A program made the translations under genes and the position numbers. A model generated the notes under the pieces. The model was not told the DNA's origin. It did not search any database and saw only the letters and a program-made list of their open reading frames with translations. A stretch of 64,000 nt of DNA, from positions 252,464,001 through 252,528,000 of the forward strand of contig NC_067403.1 in the NCBI RefSeq assembly GCF_016432865.1, given 5' to 3'. This DNA comes from Antechinus flavipes. Taxonomy: Eukaryota. Below, in pieces: positions 10,200 to 20,700 of the stretch (positions are counted from its first letter, which is position 1; every line of letters begins with the position of its first letter).

Positions 10200-10960
10200 C
10201 TCCGCCCCTACCTCCCAGAACCGTGCTACACGCGCACACGTGCACACACTCCCTCCCTGGGACAAACCTTCCCCCCTTCCCAGAAGAGCGCTGTACACAC
10301 GTGCGCACACCCTGCCTGAGAAGTCTCACCTCCAGAAGTTGGCTGCACGCGCACACACGTGCACGCGCACACATCCTACCCGGGACTAGCCTTCCCATGC
10401 TCTCCCCTACGCTCTGGCACGCACATGTATACCTGTACACACCCCCACGCTCCCCTCCTAGCGCACACTACGCACACCCCGCCTGAGGTCTCCCCTCCCA
10501 GAAGTGGGCTGCACGCGCACACACTCTGGCCCGACCCTTGCCTCTCTTTCTCCCCTGTGCTCTTGCATGCCCGTTTGTGCCCAGCCCTCATGCTTCCCCA
10601 ACATGTGCACACGCGCGCGCGCACACACACCCTGCCCGGGCCAAGCCTTCCCTCCCACTCTCTCCTGCACGCGTACATGTGCACCCCCCGCACTCGTGTT
10701 TCCCACCCAGCACACACATTTACAGCCCCGGAGGACAAGCCTTCCCTCCGCGGGTACTGTGCTAGAGCACGCGCGCGCGCGCACACACTCTGCCCGGTTC
10801 TCCCTCCCACGTTCTCCCCACGTTCGCATACACCTTTGTACAAGTCCCAGCCCCGCGTTTCCCTCCCAGCGACACGTTCACACCCCCCTAGGACAAGCCG
10901 TCCCTCCCCAGGTACAATCCTCCTGCGCGTGCGCGTACTCCCCCCGGCCCCCAATCTATC
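10200..10960. repeat. Degenerate array of alternating purine-pyrimidine blocks (CA/CG)
   Basis: Repeated blocks such as gcacgcgcacacacgtgcacgcgcacaca and gcacgcgcgcgcgcgcacaca, separated by C-rich spacers. Confidence 0.7.
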
Positions 10961-11049
10961 TCCCACGATTTCGAGGCCCCCCAGGGTCTGCGCCCGAGCC
11001 ACAGTCCCAAGTCAGCTCCTCGGCCCCCTCCCTCTACTCTCTCGAGTCA

Positions 11050-11700
11050 GTTTCCTCCCTTTCCCACCCTCTGCCCTAGTCAGTTTCCCTCCCAGAGGAG
11101 GGCCCCCGAGGGGCGGGGGCCGGGGCCGGGAGGAGCCGGGACCCTGAGCCGGCGTCGGGGGCGGCGGCGCTGGGCGCTAAGACCCTGCGGGTCGGGGGCG
11201 GGGCGTCCCCGGCTGGTCCCTCCCCCGCCGCCCGCCTGCTCCGGCTCCATTGTCTGCTCGGCTCTGAGCAGCGGCGGCCCCGGGGCTGCGGGGCCGGGCT
11301 GGCAGCGCGGTCGGCCGGTCGGGGCCGGAGCGGCGCCCCCTGAAGCCTGCGCCGGGAGCATGGGCGCCGGCAGCCCCCGAAGCGCTCCTCCGCGGGGCCC
11401 CGGGCGTCCCGGGCGTCCCGGGCTCGGCTGCCTCTGGGTGGCCCTGCTCGTGTTGAAGACTGTGCGAGGTGAGGGGGCCCCTGGGGCGGAATGGGGGAGC
11501 CCTCGGCGGGCTGCCGGGGCGGGAGGCCCCTGGAGGCTCGGCTCGGCTGCGAGTCTGGGGAGCACCGCTCAGCCCACTCCGCAGCCGCGGCCGGGACCCA
11601 CCCCCCTGACGCCGGGATCCCCGACCGCACCCCCCAAGAGACCCCCGGGATCCCCGAGGCTGGGGCAGCTTCCGTTCTTCCCCCCAGACCTCTCTGCCCT
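11050..11700 (+). promoter_or_regulatory. CpG island / promoter of TMEM132A
   Basis: CpG-dense region with GGGGCGGGG GC boxes surrounding coding exon 1. Confidence 0.7.
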
Positions 11701-14700
11701 CCGGGGCTCCCACCTTCCTTCCTCTGGTCTCCAGGGGTCCTACCCTTCTTTCTCCCCACACGCACCTCTGGCCTCTGGGGGGTCACCCACACCTCTGCGC
11801 TCCGGGGTCCCACTCTCCTTCCCATCCCATACACCTCTGGCTTCTGAGGGTCCCACCCTTCTTTCTCCCCCCCCCACACCTCTGGCCTCCCGGGGACCCA
11901 CCTCCTCTCCCCACCTCTGGGGTCCCACCCCCTTTCCCCAGATAGCCCAGCTTGCCGGGGCTGCCTTCTTTCCCAGTTTTGCCCCACTGCCTGGGCCCCG
12001 GCTCCTGGATGTCCCCCTCCTTCCCCCTCCGCTGAGGGAGCCTCTCCGGGTTTCTGGCCCCAACTTTCCCACCTGCAGTAGCCGGGCTCACATCTTCTGC
12101 TCCCGGGAGGGCCCACGGTCCAGCGCTCTCCCTGGGCGTCCCGGGTCCTTCCGAGAAGGAGGGAAGGGGAGGGGGTGACATGGCCCCAGGGAGGCGGCCT
12201 CCCCCACCTGTTGGACAAATGGGAAGAAGCAGTTTGGGGCCCCGAGGTTGCCGGGTCACTTGGGGAAGCCCTTCCTTCCTGAGGGTCCGCGCTGCTGGGG
12301 AGGGGCAGGGAGTAGCATCGGGAGGCGGCCCCCGGGGAACTTCCCGGCATGATCCAGCTCTGGGGCAGATGGGAAGCAGGAGAATGGCCCCGGGGGAGGG
12401 AGGGGGTCCTAGTGAGTGGGGTTGGAAGTGTCTCCTCCAGAGCCGATTGAAGGGCGAGGGGCCACCTGTCCCCCGTGGCTGCAGGACCTGGCCTGAGCCG
12501 GATAACGGACCGTCTGACCCCCAGAGTCCGTCTCCCTTCCCCTTGGGGGGCTGGGGCCCCCCACCCTCGGACCTGGGACAGAGCAATCCGCCTTTGAGAA
12601 TGCTGCTCCCTTCCACGAGGCCCCGCCACTGGAGCCTCCCCCCAACTTGCCCCAGAGCTAGGGACGGCGGGGGTTATTAGCCCGGCTTCACAGATGGGAA
12701 AGTCGAGGCTCAGAAAGCTGCCCACGCAGCCACTGATCCAACCTGCCTCAGAACCGGGATCCCTTGTGACCAGATCCCTGAAGCGGTGGGGGCGGGGGAG
12801 GCATCCAGGCTTGGCTTGAAGTCTTCCAGCCCGAGGAGCTCGTCCACTCTGCTTTGCATCCTTAGGAAGTTTTCCCTCAGTTTCCCCCTTTGTAACTTCC
12901 AGCCATCGTTCCTCATCGCAGCTTCTGCACAAATGGCATAAAGAGAATCCCTTTCCCATGCAAGTCCTCAGACCCTTGAAGACAGCTCTTGTCTTCTCCC
13001 CTCCCACATCCTCCCCCAGCCCCTTTTCCTGGTCAGTATGGCGGGGGCTCAGAGCCCCCGGCCTCCCGGCTGCCCTGCCCTCCCGGCTGCCCTGCCCTCC
13101 CGGCTGCCCTGCCCTGGCTTCTCCAGCGCACTCCCGTCAGGCCTGAGCAGGCGGAGGATGGCAGCCCCTGATCCTGGGCTCAGAAGCCGCCTGAAACGAC
13201 ACCTTCCTTGGGGGGGGGCATCTCAGCTGGTGGTCCACGAAGACCCTCAGATACACCGACATGTCTCTTCTCTAGCCAGTAGAATCCGATCTCGCGACCC
13301 CGTCCACCTTCTGCGAGGCGGGCGGCCCAGCCTTGTGAGAGAGGGTGCCCTCGACTCTCCCTTCGCCCCGACCCTTGCCCACGTGGCCCTGGTTCCTGCC
13401 CCGTTCTCAGCCTGTTTCCTCGCCTAGTAACGGAGAGGGTGATAGTTTCACTGCCTCCCTGGTGGGCCGGGAGGGACTGTGCAGGGATGACAATCTTGTC
13501 CTCCGAAGAGAAGGGCCCCCCTGGAGCTTCCCAGCTCAGCCAGAAGAAGCGCAGCAGGGGGCGGGAAGGGGGAGACCGAGGGGGGAGAGGAAGCGTGGCC
13601 CGGGGGCTCCCACTGCCCGCTCTGAGTGGGCTCCAAGTAGTGAGCTCCCCGTCCCCGGCAGCGGCCAGCAGGAGTTACAGAGGGCAGGCCTCCGGCTCTG
13701 TGTGAGGGGCCCCGGCTCCCGCTGGCTTCCTCAGCCCCCCGCGGCTCTCGTCCCTCTTTTAGGGAGCGGGGACGCCGAGCCCCCTGACCCTGTCTACCTG
13801 CCGGCCACTCTGGAGCTCTTGGGCGTCCCGGAGTACTTCCGCCTCCAGCAGATCGGGCGCTACCCTCCCGCCAACTCCTCGCTGGGCTCCCGTTCCGAGA
13901 GCTTCCTGCTCCTGCACCCTTGGCCTGGGGTCCAGCCCCTCGTCCGGGCATCCTACCCGCCCTTCGGCACCCAGCAGGTAAGGAGGCTGCCCCCGGGCTC
14001 CTGCAGGCTCGCGCCCTCCCCATGTAGCAGGAGAAGTGGGTGCAGAGAGGGGCAGGGTTGGGAAGCACACCCCCACCCCCGGCTTTGGATGGGTCCCCGG
14101 TGTCCGGACACCAGGTTTCTGCTGGGTGGAAGCGAGACATCTGGGCCGACGCTTCTCGCGGTCCCCCCGGCCCCTGCTGTTCCGGTGCCCGGCTTCCTCC
14201 CCTCCCCTCCCCTGCTCAGCCTCTTCTCTGCCCCTCCAGGCTATGCCAGCCTGGGCCACGGAGCCCAGAACTCTGCTTGCCACTTGGGACGTTCGGGCCG
14301 TGTCGGTGGAGACCGTCCTCACCCCTGTGGAGCCCCATGCCCGGGTCCTCTTCTACCTCAAAGGGCAGGACTGGCAGCCCAGCCTCCGAAATCTGCCCTG
14401 TGCCCGGCTTCATGCCATCCATCCCCTGGGCACCATACACCGGGCTTGCCGCTTCCAAGTGAGTAGGACGCCTGGTGGGGGGGGGGTCTCCAGGGATGGC
14501 AGAAGCAGAATGGCAGGGGGAAGGTCCTTCTGGGGCTGGGAAGGACAAATGGACGGGGGTGATGGGAAAGGGATCAGGTCCCCTCGTGCAGCGGAGCTGG
14601 GGGTCCCTGACAGACAGGAGGCTCAGAGGGGAGCCTGGGGGAGCTCTGGGCCCCGGTGGGATCGGGCGCAGAGCTCCGGGCCCCCGTGGGATCGGGCGCA

Positions 14701-17700
14701 GAGCTCCGGGCTCCCCTCTGTTCCTGCAGCCATCCCTGGGGGCGTGTGTCGTGGAGATGGAGTTCCCGCGGCGCTGGTTCTCGAGCACCGCCACCACCAA
14801 GGCCGAACTGGCCTATACTTTGGAGCTGGGGGCCGAGGAGCCTGGGCAGTGCGCCCCGGCGGGGGAGGGGACCCCCCCGGCCCGCCTCCTGCCCGTGGGC
14901 TGGGTGGAGATCCAGCAGGCCGAGCCCCCTCGCCAGCAAGAGGTGCCCCTGGACGCCGCCGTGCGCCTCCGAGTGTCCGATGCTGCCGTCAGGGCCGGGC
15001 AGCCCTTCAACGCCACCATCCTTCTGAGGAACAACTTCACCGATGGCTCCTTAACGCTCTGGTGGGTCATCGGGGCCCCCGCCCCCTCCTTCGGGCCAGC
15101 CTTCCCGATCCCGGGGGCCAGCTGGCGGCGACCAGACAGAGGGGACTGGCTGGGGGACGCTGCACGGCCATTTCTGGGGGCTCTTACATTCTGTCTGAGG
15201 CCCCCTTGTTCAGAAACGTCTCCCCGCCCCCTGCAGGATCAAGGTGAAGAAGGGGCTGCAGGTGACGGCCGCCCGCCCCGCCCACCCCTCCCTGTGGACC
15301 GCCAAGCTGGAAAAACTCAAGGGCTCCAAGCATCCCACCCTGCTCGTCACCTGCCAGCGCACGGGGCCGGGGCTGGACACCAGGTAGGACCGGCCCTCCG
15401 GCCCAGAGGAGCCGGGGAAATGGCGAGCTGTGAGCGCCGAGCAGACGCGGGAGTGGGGGGGGGGGGGTCCGGGGATGCCAACATGGCAGCCAAGGCCAGG
15501 AGTTTGAGGACATCTGTGCCTTTGACCAGAGCAGGAAAGCTGGGCAGAGGGACGAGGGCTGGGGCGTGGGAAGCCGAAGGCCACGGGCTTTGTTTCAGAC
15601 TATGGAGTTTGGGATAATTCCCCCAAAACTGAGTGCTGGGGAGCAGAGCTCAAGGGAGAGACTGAGGCAGGCTCGGTGTCTCCGGGTATCCCCTGGCTAG
15701 CCAGAGTTGTGACCGTGTCGGGGCTAAAGGATCCTAGAGAGAAGCTGTGTCCTGAGAGGTCTGGGGGTACACCCACATGGCCCAGAAGGGGGACTAAGGA
15801 AAGGTCAGGCAAGAAGGCAAAAGCCAGGGAGACAGGGGCCAGGAGGGCCAGAGAGGCCAGGAGGCACTAGGAGGGGCCAGGAGGCCCAGGGAGGCCAGAA
15901 GGGGATGGGGGGCTGGGAGGGCCAGGGAGACCAGAAGGGGCTAGGAGGGCCAGGGGGGTCCAGGAAGGGCCAGGAGGGGCCAGGAAGGCCAGAGAGGCCA
16001 GGAGGGGCTAGGGGGGCCAGGGGGACCAGGAGGGGCCAGGAAGGCTGGGGGGGCCAGGGAGGCCAGAAGGGGCTAGGAGGGCCAGGGGGGTCCAGGAAGG
16101 GCCAGGAGGGGCCAGGAAGGCCAGAGAGGCCAGGAGGGGCTAGGAGGGGTTAGGAGGGCCGGGAAGGCCAGAGAGGCCAGTAAGGCCAGGAGGGGTTAGG
16201 AGGGCCAGGGGGACCAGGAGGGGCCAGGAAGGACTAGGAAGGGCCAGGAGGGGCCAGGAAGGCCAGAGAGGCCAGGAAGGCCAGGAAGGACTAGGAAGGG
16301 CCAGGAGGGGCCAGGAAGGCCAGAGAGGCCAGTAAGGCCAGGAAGGACTAGGAAGGGCCAGGAGGCCCAGGGATGCCAGAAGGGGATGGGGGGCTGGGAA
16401 GGTCAGGGAGACCAGAAGGGGCTAGGGGGACCAGGGGGACCAGGAAGGCCAGGAGAAGCTAGGGGGATCAGGAGGGCCGAGGGGACCAGGAGGGGCCAGG
16501 AAGGCCAGAGAGGCCAGGAAGGACTAGGAAGGGCCAGGAGGCCCAGGGATGCCAGAAGGGGATGGGGGGCTGGGAAGGCCAGGGAGACCAGAAGGGGCTA
16601 GGGGGGCCAGGGGGACCAGGAGGGCCAGGGAAGGCTGGGGGGGCCAGGGAGGCCAGAAGGGGCTAGGGGGGCCAGGAAGACCAGGAGGGATTAGGAGAGC
16701 CAGGGGGACCAGGAGGGCCAGGGAAGGCTGGGGGGGCCAGGGAGGCCAGAAGGGACTAGAGGGACCAGGAAGACCAGGAGGGATTAGGAGAGCCAGGGGG
16801 ATCAGGAGGGCCGGGAAGGGCCAGGGAGGCCAGAAGGGGCTAGGGGGGCCAGGAAGGCCAGAGAAGCCAGGAAGGCCAGGAGGGGTTAGGAGAGCCAGGG
16901 GGACCAGGAGGGCTGGGAAGGCCAGGGAGGCCAGAAGGGGCTAGGGGGACCAGGAAGGCCAGATGGCATTTGAAGGCAACAGGAAAGGTGCTGGCCCAGG
17001 GGAGTGACTGGAGATTAGAGGAAGGGGAGTGGGACGGGACAGGAGGGAAGGCTGCCTGGACCAGGGGGCCAGCCTACGAGGGGGCAGGGCTATGCTGGGA
17101 GAGTGGGGGCTGGGATCCAGGGTGACGAAGGAGGCGCAGTTGTGGGAGAGAAGCCATAAATGGGCGGTGGGACGAGGCGGTCTCAAAGTGCCGGGGGTCC
17201 CTGCTCCCCACTTCCTCCTCTGGCTTGACTGTCCTCCCCCTCCTGGAAGCCTGCCTGGATTCTCCGAGTTCCTGTGGGTGGACTTTGTTGTGGAGAACGG
17301 CACGGGAGCCACGTCGTCCACCCGTCCGGTCACGTGGCAGCTGGAATACCCGAGCCAGGTCCCAGAGGCCAAGAAGGAGAAGATGGTGTGGGAAATCTTG
17401 GTGTCCGAACGGGACGTCCGGGCTCTTGTCCCCATGGCAAAGGTACCAGCCCGGGGGGGGTAGGGTGCTTTGGGCCAGAGCCTCCGCCCTTACTGGGACA
17501 CTCCAGGGGATCCCCGGGACTTTAGGGGCAGCTAGAAAGATGGATGCCAGGCATCTGCAGGGGTAATTTCTTGGGGCTATTCTGGGAGAGCTTGGGGGGC
17601 AGAATTCAGCGCTAGGCCCCCTGGGGTTCCCAAGATCCCCAGGAGTGTGTCGGGCCTTCGGGGCTCCTTCCGGTTGTAGAGCTTCCATATGTCTGCAGCC

Positions 17701-20700
17701 TGTGGGTTTCCTACTCAAGGAGGGCTCGGGGCCCAATGCCAGTGAGTGCCAGGTAACTAGCATTCCCCAGGGGCAGAGCCCCATCAGGGTGTCACCTGGA
17801 ACTGAGGATGGGCATAGGAACCTTGGCCAGCTGGCACTGCCAACGGGTAACCCAGGTCCCCTCTGCCCTGCAGACGGAAGAGCTGGTGAACACCTCCCCC
17901 CTGACTGGCATTGCCCAAAGAGTGCCCATCCGCCTGGTCACCGTCGCCATGGGGGGAGCTGTGGCGGAGGTCACTGAGCAGGTGGGCTGCGAGTCGGCCA
18001 ACACGCAAGTCCTGCAGGTGAGTGGCTCGCGGCTCCTTTGGCCCCCGCCCCCACCCCTTCTGCCCACAGCCCGCTCTCAGGCCACCCAGAGACGAGGCTC
18101 CTTTCCCCCTCTCACGGACAGAAAGACCCTCCCACAGTGGGGAGCCCTCCTCCTCCCCAGACGCCTCTTCCACCCTTGGCTGCTTGGAGGAGGGAGGACG
18201 CCTCCCTGGCCTCTGGGACTCCCATTGTTTCTGGGGCTGCCCGCTGGGGTCAAGCAGAACAAAGCTGATCCCTCTCAGCTGGGGGGGGGGGGGCAGGTGG
18301 TGAAAGAGGTCTCCTCCTCCTGGCTGTGCTCCCCCGATTCCTCGGCCTGGGAGAGCGCGACACACGGGGAAAGAGCTGAGCTGGAGCAGGGGTCCAGGCG
18401 CCGGCGGCGTGACCTTGGCCAAACCAATCAACTTTGGGATGTTTTGGGTTTTTTTTTTTTTTTTAATGAGGCGATTGCCTGGCTCACACAGCTAGAAACC
18501 AGTTAAGTTTTTCAGGCCTCAGTTTCCTCAGTTGTAGAATGAGGGGGTTGGACCAGATGAGCTCCGGAGACCTTTCACACGTGCTTTATGGCCTTCGGAT
18601 CCTTCCATCCTAGTCCCTCTGCTTTGACCCTGCCCAGACCCTCTGAGCAAGGGCAAGTTTAAGTGTGCGTCCAGCGCTCCCAGTCGCGGGGTTTGGCCCG
18701 AGCTCTGGGTAAAGAGCGGACAGTGGCGCCTTCAGCCAGAAACAGTTCGGCAGAATGGCCGCCTCTTCCTGGGCTGTGCCCCTCGTTATGAGCCTCAGAG
18801 AACTAGTCTGAACGTCAGCCCACGTGGAACATGATTAAGAAGCCGGGGTGCGGAGGGCGGACAAGGAGACGCGCCGGGAACGAGGGGGTGTCGGGAGCCA
18901 CAAGGCCTGGGTGAAGGCTGGTCTCGGCCACCTTGTAGGTCACCTTCCCTCCCCCTCCCCAGAACCTACATTTCGTCCTTGGAAGGTAACTGATGGTCTC
19001 CGAGGAGCTTTCCTGCTGATTTTAGATTGAGAGCTGGAAGGTTTCCAGAGACCATTCTGGGGAAACTGAGGCAGGCAGCCTCAGAGACTCGCCTAGTCAG
19101 CCAGCTAGTAAGTGGAACTCCCACTCGAGCACTCTGTCCTTTGCGTCTTGCCGTCTCTCAGGCTTGGAGGAATCGCCGTGCTCCTCTCTGAACACGGGGA
19201 CGAGCCAGCTTCCCCCACCTCTAACTCTGGGCCTCTCTCCAGTAGCCTGGGGTCAGACTAGGGGTCTCTCGCTCTAACCTGGCGGACCCTCGCCACACTT
19301 CCTTGTGCCCGCCGGGCCGGTACGGGCTGCCCTCCTGAGCGCTCTGCCTCCCCCCAGGTATCGGAGGCCTGTAGCGAGGTGTTTGTGGAAGGCAAGGAGA
19401 GCCAGGGGAACCGGGGCGTGCAGGTGGACTTCTGGTGGCGCCGGCTCCGGGCCTCCCTGCGGGTGACCGTGTGGGCCCCGCTGCTGCCGCTGAGGATCGA
19501 GATGACGGACACCACTCTGGAGCAAGTCCGAGGCTGGAGGGTCCCCGGGACGGCCAGTGGGTGAGCTGTGGACTTATCTCTCCGGGGCATTTCCAGGGCC
19601 AGTGCTCCGTGCTGGGTCTGGGCGTGGGAGGGCCCTCCCTTCCCTCCTTGGCCAGAGCTCCGGCCTGTTGTGGCTCTACAGGAGAACCCTTCTTGGGAGC
19701 CCCAAGGGGCCATGCCCGTCCTCCAGTCGCTCTGCCCCTGGTCCGGCTGGAGCCCGAGCTCCCTTTCGGCCTCGACCCTGCGGTCTTTCCCAATGGGGCC
19801 ACCTCCTCGTGGATGTGCTCCAGACTCTCCCCTCCCTCTTAGCAGGACCAGGCCCCAGGGTGACCTTGGACCTTGGGATTTGCCTCTAGATCTTAATTTA
19901 TAAGATCCCCTCCAACTCAAAAGCCCCAGATCCTGTGATCCCACGGCCTCAGGGACTCTCCACCTTTTATGTGTGGGGGGTGCTGGACCCCTTGGGCAGT
20001 CTGAGGAAGCAGAGGGGCCCCCTCTCAGAGCCATGTTTTAAAAGGCACAAATCAGACTGCTTAGCACTTTAAAAGAAACCAGTTCTGTGACATGGAGTTA
20101 TCAGATGTTCCTTTAAGCTTAAGAAGCTCCGGATTCTTCCGGCCAGTCTGCCAGGAACAGGGCAGAGGGTCAGTGAAGAGCCGTGGAGTAGATACCATCA
20201 GGGGACGGGGTCAGGAGTGTCCTAGAATGGTCTGATTAAAGAGTGGCCTGCGGTATGGGTCAGAGCAGGGAGTTCCAGGCCGCCCTCCTCCACTGACCGC
20301 TTTGTCCTTGGCTGGGTAGCGCCCCCACCGAGCCCGAGGAAGGAGGCGAGGAGGCGGACCGGCGGGCCCGGGGCTGCCGGCTGCAATACCAGCGTGCTGG
20401 CGTCCGGTTCCTCGTTCCTTTCGTTGCCCATCCTCAGGATGGAGGCCGCCATCTTATTTATCTCCTGGGCCCCGATTGGCTACTGGATGTGACTCATCTC
20501 GTGGGACCCCATGCCCGTGTCCAAGACCCCCGCGTGGCCACCCTGGAGGCTGGCAGCGTCCTGGTTGGCCGGGAGCCAGGGGTTACTTCTTTGGAGGTGA
20601 GAGAGAGTGGAGGGAGGGAGGATGGAACAAGAGGAACAGCTGACAGGGATGGAGGCATGGGCTTTGGAGCCCCCCCCCCCCTTCAGCTCTGCTTCCTGCC

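Noticed and set aside
11076-13007. 643-aa minus-strand ORF antisense to TMEM132A exon 1/intron 1
   Set aside because: Pro/Gly/Arg-rich translation with no recognisable domain; long stop-free frames are expected at this GC content.
13345-15617. 373-, 403- and 380-aa plus-strand ORFs
   Set aside because: They are real TMEM132A exons read through GC-rich introns and are explained by the spliced model.
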